From a bacterium (GTDB taxonomy: Bacteria > Zhuqueibacterota > Zhuqueibacteria > Zhuqueibacterales > Zhuqueibacteraceae), in contig JBIOXB010000154.1 of the NCBI GenBank assembly GCA_044869275.1, positions 1 to 45,052 of the forward strand: a stretch of DNA of 45,052 bases, in the 5' to 3' direction. The position numbers and the translations under genes were made by a program. Numbering within the stretch: position 1 is the stretch's first letter; each line of letters opens with the position of its first letter. The notes under the pieces are model-generated. The model made no database searches and was not told the origin of the DNA. It saw only the letters and a list, made by a program, of their open reading frames with translations. This document shows positions 9,209-17,446 of this stretch, piece after piece.

Positions 9209-11968
9209 ATGAATCCTAAACATCCCGACAACCTCTTCTCTACGCTTGCGCTCGCGATTCTGCTTTTGTTCACAGACGGCATTCTTGGCCAGCCCACTTA
9301 TCAAGTGCCGGTTGGTACACGGCCGCGCAGCATGGGCGAAGCTTTTGTCGCCGTGGCTGATGACGGCAACGCCATTTTCTGGAACCCGGCCGGGCTGGCA
9401 AGACTGGAGCGCATCCAAGCCAGCTTTGCCTATGCGGATCTCTTTGGCCTGGACATCGACAACTACTCTGCCACTTTCGTTTCGCGCATGTATTTCATTC
9501 CACCGCTCGACGATTACGTGAGTTTCGGCGTGGGATGGTCGGGCATTCACACGCGCGACGAGGCCCTCTCTCCCCAACCCCTGGGCCAGACCACGGAGGC
9601 ACTGGACTTCCAACAAGATCAATTCAACTTTTCCTTGGGCTTGCGCCTGCCCGCTTTCACCTGGTCTGTGCTCAAACCCCTAAACCCTGTCCTCCGGCAT
9701 CTGAGTCTCGGCTTCACCGCCAAATATTTGCAGCAAAAGGGCAGCCTCGACGGCATGCTCGAAGGCAATGCCAGCGGCTCGGGCAGAGGTGCCGGAGGTT
9801 TGGTGAGAGATTTTGGCTTGCTTTACACTTTAGGAGCTTTGCCACATTTGCTCAACGGCCTGTATTTCGGGCTGATGATCAATGACCTTGGCGGCACACA
9901 GATCCGGCATGACGATGCCGGCCGCACGAGCGAAACCATTTTACCGCAAAACCTGCGCTGGGGTCTCAGCTACAAGCCTTTCACCGACTGGCCGGGCGGA
10001 AAAATTCCAATTTCCGATCCCGTGGTCGCGATCGACGTCGATGATCGCGTGCACCTGGGCTTGGAGTTTTGGCTCAGCCGCATCCTGGCGCTCCGGGCGG
10101 GCTGGCAAAAGGATCGCCATACCGATGAAAGTCCGACACTGTCTTTCGGCCTTGGTTTCAAAGCGCGCCTCAATGCGGCCCCGGGGCTGCAAGCCGATTA
10201 CGCGCTCACGGATTCCCCCGGCCTGCCCAATGCACCGGCGCAATTCGGCGGCACCTTCATTTTCAAAGACAACCCGCGCCTGATTCGCATCGAAGAAGCA
10301 CATATCAACAATGTCTACGCTTCTCTTTATCTGCACTATGGCGAGCCCGGCGCAAACGTGGGCACGGTAAAGCTCAAAAACGTTGCGGAACGCGACACTT
10401 TGAAAGCTCGAGTCACGTTTCTCGCCAGCCAGTATATGCTGCCGCAGCAAGCAGACACGGTGGTAATCGAGCCGGGCCGCACGCTTGATTTTCCCCTGCG
10501 CGCCGTTTTCGCGCCGGAGATTCTCCAGGCGCGCGACGGCCGGCTCACCGGCGAAGTGCGCGTGGCCTATGATTATCAAAGGGCGGAGCACGCCTCTCGC
10601 GTCGCGGTGGATTTTGCGATTTACAGCCAAAACTATCTCACTTGGGATGACCCCTGCAAAGCCGCCGCGTTCGTGACGGCCAATGATCCGCTCGTGAGTG
10701 AATTCGTTGACGCGGTGCGCGCGACCAAGAGTGACAGCACGAAAGCCTCCTGGTTCACGCGCTACGAACGCGGGGAAGCGATCAAGCTCTATCATGCTCT
10801 GCAAGCTTGCGATATCGCCTACCGGCTCGATCAAAAAACGCCCTTTCCTTCCCTGCGCGGCGCGCCTTACCGGCGGGATCAAATCACCTATCCCGCCCAA
10901 TTCCTGAGCCGGGAGAAACGCCACGGCGATTGCGACGATCTCGCTGTGCTCTATGCCAGCCTGCTGCAACACGCCGGTTTTTCCACAGCGCTGGTGAGCG
11001 TGCCCGGCCATCTGTTCATGATGTTCGACACGGAAATCGACACGGCGCAACGGCACACGGTGCCGCTCGACCCCGGGCTCTTCGTTTCCCATACCGGCAC
11101 CTTATGGATTCCGGTTGAAACCACCATGATCCCAGACTCCAGCTTTGTCGCAGCCTGGCGGACAGCGGCACAGAGCTTTGGGGGCGCGGGAAATTGGGAA
11201 GTTTTCGAAGTGGCCGCTTGTCAGAGTTCCTATCCCCCGCCGAGAATTTCCGTGGCTGAAAAAAGAACCCCCTCCCCCGCGGATTTTTCTTATCTGCTGG
11301 AAAAGAGCCTGCTCGCACTGGACAAGATGAAGCACGATTACTTTCAGTCCTTTGAAGATTCTCTGCAGGCTGTGCCCGCGCTCTCCTCCGCGGAGGAGAT
11401 CAAGCTGCGCAATCGTTACGGGGCCCTGCTCGCGGAATCCGGCAATTATGAACGCGCCGTGCAGCAGTTTGAAGCGATTCACCGGCTGGATCCGGCCTTC
11501 GTGCCGGCGTGGAACAACCACGGCAACGTCGAATTCATGCTCGGACATTTCGCGCGCGCGCGCGGGCATTATCATGCCACGCTGAAGCGCAATCCTTTCA
11601 GCCGGGGCACCTACCTGAACCTGGCTATCCTGTATCAAACGATGATCGAGGGCGCGCCCAAAGATTCGGCAGATTCCTATCAGCGCCAGAGCGATGCCGC
11701 CCTGTTGCGCGCCGCGCAGCTTTTGGAAGGTGAGACCGAAGCTGCTTGCGCCCTGCTCGGCATTCCAGCAGAGCACCTGGACGGCAAAGCCGGGCCGGTG
11801 GATTGGGTCAAAGCGCGCATGCGAAAAGCGAGAAAGTTCGTCGACACTGCTTTCCGCATGTACGTGCAGAAGAAAGAAATTCGCAACGTGCCATTGGACC
11901 GGCACGGGCCGAAAGGCCACGATGAAGTGGATGCGGATCGAGGCTCGTCGCTGTATTGGAGTTTCTAA
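9209..11968 (+). CDS. PorV/PorQ-like beta-barrel fused to transglutaminase-like domain and TPR repeats
   Basis: Signal peptide; GTRPRSMGEAFVAVADDGNAIFWNPAGL (PorV/FadL-like N-terminus); GDCDDLAVLYASLL..AG...PGH...WIPVETT (transglutaminase-like Cys/His); TPR-like NRYGALLAESGNYERAVQQF and AWNNHGNVEF. Confidence 0.75.
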   Translation: MNPKHPDNLFSTLALAILLLFTDGILGQPTYQVPVGTRPRSMGEAFVAVADDGNAIFWNPAGLARLERIQASFAYADLFGLDIDNYSATFVSRMYFIPPLDDYVSFGVGWSGIHTRDEALSPQPLGQTTEALDFQQDQFNFSLGLRLPAFTWSVLKPLNPVLRHLSLGFTAKYLQQKGSLDGMLEGNASGSGRGAGGLVRDFGLLYTLGALPHLLNGLYFGLMINDLGGTQIRHDDAGRTSETILPQNLRWGLSYKPFTDWPGGKIPISDPVVAIDVDDRVHLGLEFWLSRILALRAGWQKDRHTDESPTLSFGLGFKARLNAAPGLQADYALTDSPGLPNAPAQFGGTFIFKDNPRLIRIEEAHINNVYASLYLHYGEPGANVGTVKLKNVAERDTLKARVTFLASQYMLPQQADTVVIEPGRTLDFPLRAVFAPEILQARDGRLTGEVRVAYDYQRAEHASRVAVDFAIYSQNYLTWDDPCKAAAFVTANDPLVSEFVDAVRATKSDSTKASWFTRYERGEAIKLYHALQACDIAYRLDQKTPFPSLRGAPYRRDQITYPAQFLSREKRHGDCDDLAVLYASLLQHAGFSTALVSVPGHLFMMFDTEIDTAQRHTVPLDPGLFVSHTGTLWIPVETTMIPDSSFVAAWRTAAQSFGGAGNWEVFEVAACQSSYPPPRISVAEKRTPSPADFSYLLEKSLLALDKMKHDYFQSFEDSLQAVPALSSAEEIKLRNRYGALLAESGNYERAVQQFEAIHRLDPAFVPAWNNHGNVEFMLGHFARARGHYHATLKRNPFSRGTYLNLAILYQTMIEGAPKDSADSYQRQSDAALLRAAQLLEGETEAACALLGIPAEHLDGKAGPVDWVKARMRKARKFVDTAFRMYVQKKEIRNVPLDRHGPKGHDEVDADRGSSLYWSF

Positions 11969-11969
11969 A

Positions 11970-14312
11970 GTGTTGCCGCTCAACAAAAAATTGCACCTGG
12001 TGCTGATCGGCCTGGCCAGCAGCTTGACCTTCGCGCTGGCGATCAATACCGTTTTTGCGCGATGGCAGAGAGCCGGGGAGCTGGCCGGCACCATCGATCT
12101 CTATTTCTACAAACTTTTCTTCAAGCCTCTGCGTAGCCCCCACCCCAAATTACTCATTATTGACAGCAACGATCGCGAAGAAAGGCGCGCACGTGACCAC
12201 TACGCCCAAATGATCGACACACTGCGGCAAGCCGGGGCCAAAATTGTGGCAATTGACATTCGCTTTCTGGGAGTGAGAGACCGACCCGGCGACAGCGCCC
12301 TCGTGCAAAGCGTAGGGCGCTTCCCGGGCGTGATCTTGAGCATGGACTTCGGCAGCCCCCATTCTCCTTCGGATTGGGCGCTGGCAGAAATGGGCCGCCT
12401 TGCGCTCCCGCCCGCGGCATGCGATACGCTCATCCCCAAAATTGTGGCCGAAAGTGGCGTGGATTTGCCCTTCGATAGCTTGCTGGCCGCAGCCCGACAT
12501 CTGGGGCACATCAATTCTACCAGCGGCCAGTATCACCATTTTCCCGCGGTGATTCGCTTCGGTGATTCCTGTTACGCTTCTCTGCCCCTGGAAATTGCAC
12601 GACTCTATTTCTCTTCCAGCTCCGGCGCTGGTGGCGATACGTCCTCAAATCACGGCATGACGGACGCGGAGGAAGATCACAGCGCCTTCCGCCAGGCGCA
12701 ATTGCCTTTGGACAAAGACGGGCAAGTTTTGGTGAATTTCATTGAGGCCTCGATTTGGCAGAAGAACCGCCAGAATTTTTTCACCTGGGAGGGGGCATTC
12801 GAAGTCATTCGCCATGACCAGGCCCATCGCTTTCGCGGCGCGGCGGTGCTGCTCATCAATTCCGCCGCCGAAACCCTGATCGACAGCCCGATGGGCCCGT
12901 ATCCTCGCTGGGCCATGCTGGCCTCGCTCGCCAGCCAGATGTTATCCCATCGTCACCTCGACACTTCCGTTCTTTTCGTGCCGGCGCTGCTCAGCGCCCT
13001 GATCTCAGGCGTGGGGATTTTTTCCTTTTTGTTCGTGGCACCGAGGTTCGGCAGAAAGTGGCGCAAGACTCGCATCGTCTTCATCAGCGGGAGTGCTGTG
13101 TTTTTGTTGTTGATTCTCTTCGCGCTGCGCGCCTCCCAGCTCTGGGTGGGTGTGGTTGTGCCGTTGCTGGTCTATAACACCAGTCTGCTGGTGGTACGAC
13201 AGCGTTACTATCGCATGATCAGGCCGGCGCGTTACGTGGGTTTCGGCCTGGCGATTTTGGAGCGCAAAGCAGACGTTTATCCGATTAAGATTTTCGAAGC
13301 GCCGGGAGGGTCCGAAGAGGGAGATTTGAATTTCAATGCCGAATTCCTCCACCACAAGGGCTTCCACGCCGCACTCGATCGCATTTGGGCGCTGCAGGCC
13401 AATGAGAATGACCTCAAATTGGTCGGCAGCAAATTGTTTGACGCGCTCTTCCCGCAGGAAGCATTTCATATTCTAAAAAACAGCCTGGAGCAAATACAGC
13501 GCGAGGGTAAAAATTTGCGCCTGGTTCTGCACATCGACCCACCGGAATTGGTGCGCTTGCCTTGGGAGCTGATGCGCAGCGCCAAGCTGCCTCCGGGGCG
13601 CGTGGTCATGAACCGCCACCTTTCGCTGGTGCGCTATCTGCCGCTGGCACGGCCTTTTCGAAGAAAATCATATCGTGTGCCTTTGAATATCTTGGCGATG
13701 GTGTCGAGCCCCGCGGAGCTGCCGCCGCTGGACCTCGCCAGCGAACAAGCAAGAATTAAAAAGGCGTTGCGCCTCATGACGTGGGGTGGAGACGTGCGCC
13801 TGCGCTTTTGCGAACATGCGACCTTGGACAAATTGCGCAACGAGCTCGAGCGCGGCCCGGATGTGTTGCACTTCATCGGACACTGCGATTATGATGAGAA
13901 GGGTCAGTCCTCGTTCCTGGAATTCGAAACGGAAGACGGCGGGCGCGACACCGTGAGTGCAGAGACGCTGGGAGAAGTCTTGCACGATTCCTCGGTGCGG
14001 CTGGTGGTGTTGAATAGCTGCGAAAGCGCAGCGGCCTCGCCGCACAATGCCTTCACCGGAGTCGCGCAGAAACTGGTGAATATCGGCGTGCCTGCCGTGA
14101 TCGCGATGCAGTTCAAAATTCTCGATGCCACGGCGCAGTTGTTCTCTGAAGCTTTTTATTCTGCCTTGATTACAAATTATTCGATTGAGGCAGCCCTGGC
14201 TTCCGCGCGCCTGCGCCTCATGTCCGGCGAGCGCAAAGACCTGCTCGGCTGGGCCACGCCGGTGCTGTACATGCGCGCCAGTGATGGTGAGATTTTTAAG
14301 ATGGAAAAATAG
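11970..14312 (+). CDS. Membrane CHASE2 sensor fused to cytoplasmic CHAT (caspase-like) protease
   Basis: Likely GTG start at 11970; N-terminal TM; CHASE2-like R..YAQMIDTLRQAGAKIVAIDIRF...D.AL; three TM helices; CHAT motifs LPWELM, PDVLHFIGH and LVVLNSCES (His/Cys dyad present), W..PVLY. Confidence 0.85.
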   Translation: MLPLNKKLHLVLIGLASSLTFALAINTVFARWQRAGELAGTIDLYFYKLFFKPLRSPHPKLLIIDSNDREERRARDHYAQMIDTLRQAGAKIVAIDIRFLGVRDRPGDSALVQSVGRFPGVILSMDFGSPHSPSDWALAEMGRLALPPAACDTLIPKIVAESGVDLPFDSLLAAARHLGHINSTSGQYHHFPAVIRFGDSCYASLPLEIARLYFSSSSGAGGDTSSNHGMTDAEEDHSAFRQAQLPLDKDGQVLVNFIEASIWQKNRQNFFTWEGAFEVIRHDQAHRFRGAAVLLINSAAETLIDSPMGPYPRWAMLASLASQMLSHRHLDTSVLFVPALLSALISGVGIFSFLFVAPRFGRKWRKTRIVFISGSAVFLLLILFALRASQLWVGVVVPLLVYNTSLLVVRQRYYRMIRPARYVGFGLAILERKADVYPIKIFEAPGGSEEGDLNFNAEFLHHKGFHAALDRIWALQANENDLKLVGSKLFDALFPQEAFHILKNSLEQIQREGKNLRLVLHIDPPELVRLPWELMRSAKLPPGRVVMNRHLSLVRYLPLARPFRRKSYRVPLNILAMVSSPAELPPLDLASEQARIKKALRLMTWGGDVRLRFCEHATLDKLRNELERGPDVLHFIGHCDYDEKGQSSFLEFETEDGGRDTVSAETLGEVLHDSSVRLVVLNSCESAAASPHNAFTGVAQKLVNIGVPAVIAMQFKILDATAQLFSEAFYSALITNYSIEAALASARLRLMSGERKDLLGWATPVLYMRASDGEIFKMEK

Positions 14313-14322
14313 ACACATAGCA

Positions 14323-14507
14323 CCTGAATTGTGCTCCTAAAAACTGCTTGCAACGAAAAAGGAACCGCAACGAAAGAGGTTTTTCAATTTAAAAGCTTTG
14401 CCGAAACTCACCCAATAGGTGGCTTGGTGTTTTTAAGCATGCTCGATGAGGATCGCGGTTCTAAAGGCTTTTTTCGTTGCGGTTCTCTTTTCGTTGCAAA
14501 ACTCAGG
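14323..14507 (+). mobile_element. Inverted-repeat (MITE-like) element copy 2, 185 bp, no ORF
   Basis: CCTGAATT...TTGCAACGAAAAAGGAACCGCAACGAAA ... TTTCGTTGCGGTTCTCTTTTCGTTGCAAAACTCAGG. Confidence 0.8.
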
Positions 14508-14590
14508 TAGCAATAATCCAAAGATCAAAGTCCGATACTCAAAATCAAAAAAAGACAACAGATTAAAGGCTCTGTTGCGGGGAGAGTGTT

Positions 14591-15574
14591 ATGAAAATGA
14601 CCATAGCGTTGCGGCAAGCGCACAAATTTTCCCTTGCCGCGATCATCACCAGCATCGCGCTGAATTTTTGCGGCGCGGGTGCTGATCAGCAAGCACGGGC
14701 GCAAGCACTGAATCCCGTGGTGCTGCTGGCCGGCGAGATGCGGCGCTCCGAGGAGGTCCAGCCGCGCGACGATTACGTAACCCTTTATGGCAAAGAAAAA
14801 GTAAAAACTTACATCTATTCTCAGCTGAGCCAATTGCCTTTCTCAAAATTCACATTGCGGGTCGAAGCCGCCGGGCAAAGCGGCGAAGGCCGGTGGCCCC
14901 AGCTTGGGATTGCGCTGGATGACACCGGCAAAATCAGCAATGAGCTGGAAATCAATCATGCCGAATTTCAATTCTATGATTTTGGCATTTTTGATGTGGC
15001 CGGCGCCGCCACGCTCTATCTCGTTTTTACCAACGATTACTACAACGCCGCGACCGGAGCAGATGTCAACCTAAGAATTCGCCAAGCGACCTTCACGCAG
15101 CTTGCAGGCGCAGAGCCCAAATCCTCTCCTCCCGACACTTTTGTCGTAAAAGGCGGATCTGCCTATCTTGAATGGAATCTGAATAGCGAAGCAGATTTGG
15201 CAGGCTATCGTGTGTTTAGCGGCCTGGAATCCGGAACATACTTGTCGCCCATTGAAGTAGGCAAGGCGACGAGTTATAAATTCGACTTGTCACCGCTTTA
15301 CAAATACTATTTTTCTGTCGCCGCCTATGACACGGCCAATAATCAAAGCCCGCTCTCGAAGGAAGTCTTGGTTTTGGTTGAAGCAGCAGGCGGTGGCGCT
15401 TCTCCGAGTGATTTGAACGGCGACGGCAAGTGCGACGCGGCCGATCAAGCGATCATCAATCTAGCCATGGGTTCATCGTGCAATGGACGCCGCTACAATC
15501 GCAAAGCCGACCTGAATCAGGATTGTAAAGTTGACGGCCTGGATGTGGTGCTGTTCAGTTCGAATTGCGAATAA
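14591..15574 (+). CDS. Secreted protein: carbohydrate-binding-like module, fibronectin type III domain, type I dockerin
   Basis: Signal peptide; LVFTNDYYNAATGADVNL (CBM-like); LEWNLNSEADLAGYRV...YYFSVAAYD..NNQS..S (FN3); duplicated DLNGDGKCDAAD / DLNQDCKVDGLD (dockerin). Confidence 0.8.
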   Translation: MKMTIALRQAHKFSLAAIITSIALNFCGAGADQQARAQALNPVVLLAGEMRRSEEVQPRDDYVTLYGKEKVKTYIYSQLSQLPFSKFTLRVEAAGQSGEGRWPQLGIALDDTGKISNELEINHAEFQFYDFGIFDVAGAATLYLVFTNDYYNAATGADVNLRIRQATFTQLAGAEPKSSPPDTFVVKGGSAYLEWNLNSEADLAGYRVFSGLESGTYLSPIEVGKATSYKFDLSPLYKYYFSVAAYDTANNQSPLSKEVLVLVEAAGGGASPSDLNGDGKCDAADQAIINLAMGSSCNGRRYNRKADLNQDCKVDGLDVVLFSSNCE

Positions 15575-15594
15575 TGCAAAGCTAAATTCATTTA

Positions 15595-15797
15595 GTCATC
15601 CCGGCGCTGGTCGTGGTCTCCTCGCCACAGACAGACTGTGTGAAAACTTGTCAATGCCGCACCCTGAGCTTGTCGAAGGGTGCTAAGTTCAAGAATCCGG
15701 CTTCGACAAGCTCAGCCGGCGTTGAAACCAAGCGTTTTCACACAGTCTGAGATCTGAAACGAGGAGAGTCCGTCCCGGCGTTGCGGGACGGAATGAC
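15595..15797. repeat. Nested REP-like palindromic elements
   Basis: CTGAGCTTGTCGAAG (15664-15678) and CTTCGACAAGCTCAG (15701-15715) lie inside a perfect 16-bp inverted repeat CAGACTGTGTGAAAAC (15632-15647) / GTTTTCACACAGTCTG (15734-15749), which lies inside GTCATCCC...GGAATGAC. Confidence 0.75.
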
Positions 15798-15819
15798 AGT
15801 GTGAAAATTTGAATTTCAA

Positions 15820-16003
15820 CCTGGATTTTGCAACGAAAGGAGAACCGCAACGAAAAAAGCTTTTAGAACCGCGATTCTCATCGAGCATGCTTGAAAACAC
15901 CAAGCCACCCATTAGGTGAGTTTCGATAAAGCTCTTGAATTGAATACACTCTTTCGTTGCGGTTCCTTTTTCGTTGCAAGTCATTTCAGGTGCAAAATTC
16001 AGG
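15820..16003 (-). mobile_element. Inverted-repeat (MITE-like) element copy 3, 184 bp, reverse orientation
   Basis: Reverse complement aligns along its length with 14323-14507 (e.g. GAACCGCGATTCTCATCGAGCATGCTT vs AAGCATGCTCGATGAGGATCGCGGTTC). Confidence 0.8.
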
Positions 16004-16037
16004 TTCTACAAAACAACCGTTTTCATGGAGGTGAAAT

Positions 16038-16523
16038 ATGGATCTCGGCCTGAACACCGAATTTTGGTTTAAAGTCAAAATCGAAAGTGCGAAGAACGTT
16101 TACGGCGTGCAATGCCAAATCGTTTATCCACCGGAAATTCTGGAAGCGGTATTGGATGAGGCAGGTAATGTCAAGTCGCAAATTGGGGCTTTCTTGACGC
16201 AAGAGAACGCTCCGGCGATGCTGAGCGCGGCCCTGGAGAATGACGAACAGGGCAAAATTGTGATGGGTTACTGCAAAATGGGCAAGACCACCGCGAGCTC
16301 CGGCACGGGCTCATTGTTCGACATTCTCTTTCGGTGCGTGGGGATTGGCAAAGGCGAGCTGCGTTTCGAGCAAGCTCAAATTTACGACGCCGCGGTCAAA
16401 GCGCAGCCGAGCAAATGGCTTTCCACGAGCGTCGAAATCATTGGTATCAATGTGATTTCCGCGGACATAGAGCCGCGCAGTATCGAAAAGCGCGCCGTCG
16501 AAACGATTCTACGCGCCCGGTGA
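16038..16523 (+). CDS. Stand-alone cohesin-domain protein
   Basis: FKVKIESAKNVYGVQCQIVYPPEILE...SGTGSLFDILF....G.GELRF; GGAGG SD upstream; no signal peptide evident. Confidence 0.7.
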   Translation: MDLGLNTEFWFKVKIESAKNVYGVQCQIVYPPEILEAVLDEAGNVKSQIGAFLTQENAPAMLSAALENDEQGKIVMGYCKMGKTTASSGTGSLFDILFRCVGIGKGELRFEQAQIYDAAVKAQPSKWLSTSVEIIGINVISADIEPRSIEKRAVETILRAR

Positions 16524-16565
16524 AATTCGACGCCAATCTTCATCACCTGGTGTTCAAAAAAGCGC

Positions 16566-16594
16566 TTGCATGCCAGCATGATTTTATCTATCTT
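16566..16594 (+). promoter_or_regulatory. Probable sigma70 promoter of the tRNA
   Basis: TTGCAT-N17-TATCTT ending 15 nt before the tRNA. Confidence 0.5.
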
Positions 16595-16609
16595 ATTTAG
16601 CTTTAGGAT

Positions 16610-16685
<76 letters not shown>

Positions 16686-16692
16686 CCGAGTT

Positions 16693-16740
16693 AAGGAGCC
16701 ATAATTCCTCGTTTGAGAGTGAGTTAGGGCTCCTTTTTGT
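16693..16740 (+). terminator. Intrinsic terminator after tRNA
   Basis: AAGGAGCC...GGCTCCTTTTT stem followed by a T-tract. Confidence 0.6.
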
Positions 16741-16826
16741 TTCTTAGAAATTGCTTCGCAGATTGCTTCCCATTACGATTTCTGTTTCGGAACTGACACG
16801 GCTCGTGTTATCACAGTTTTTTTAAC

Positions 16827-16856
16827 TTGACATTGATCTCATATATAAGATATATT
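16827..16856 (+). promoter_or_regulatory. Putative sigma70 promoter of the cas operon with an overlapping palindrome
   Basis: TTGACA (16827-16832)-N18-TATATT (16851-16856); near-perfect palindrome ATCTCATATATAAGAT at 16836-16851. Confidence 0.5.
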
Positions 16857-17182
16857 TTTTTCCAACAGAACCATTCTCATGAAATTGTCTCCCTTTGCGT
16901 GCGATCAATCACGTTGGGGAGAACGACTTGGGGAAGACAGAAGCGCCCGGTGCCTCTGTAATTGCCGCCGCCCGCTTGTGCCATCCCGACCGAATCTAGA
17001 ATACCTGATGGTAGTGAGGTCGGAATGCTCATTTGTCTTTTTGTTGTGATTCTCCCAGCTTTATGCTGGCTTCCAGGGGATACCTCGGCCTCGCCTGAAA
17101 TTCCTCCGCAAATTCTGAAACAAACACTCCTCCGCATATCACGCATCCTTTTAATAATTTTCACCAAAATCTTTCAAGCAGA

Positions 17183-17380
17183 ATGTCCAAACACCAGCTG
17201 GAAATCCGGCATTTGTTGGTCGCGCTGCTGGGACGCACGTCACAGGTCTTGACCGAGCCGTTTTATGCCCTGTGGGTGAAGGCCGGCATACGCATTTCGG
17301 AAGTCTCGGCCATTCGGCTTCTGAGCAGTGCTTGCGTTCGAATGATAATCGCATATTCGACAGCGCGCAGGAGCAAGTAG
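17183..17380 (+). pseudogene. Truncated N-terminal fragment of an NE0113/Csx14-type CARF protein
   Basis: RHLLVALLGRTSQVLTEPFYALWVKAGIRISEV aligns with KHHLLALLGLHPKVLTETLYGLCVKRGVAISNV of the next gene. Confidence 0.65.
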
Positions 17381-17446
17381 AGTTGGTTCAAGTTTCGTGT
17401 TATTCTCCCTGCTTCACAACGATCACCGCAAATTTTGGATTAGTTG

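Noticed and set aside
11970..14312. CHAT protease as a CRISPR-associated Craspase or SAVED-CHAT effector
   Set aside because: It is fused to CHASE2/TM, coupled to the PorV-like gene, and separated from the cas operon by two genes, a tRNA and a terminator
16877..17252. Short ORFs between the tRNA and the CARF fragment
   Set aside because: No motifs or RBS; likely a non-coding leader region
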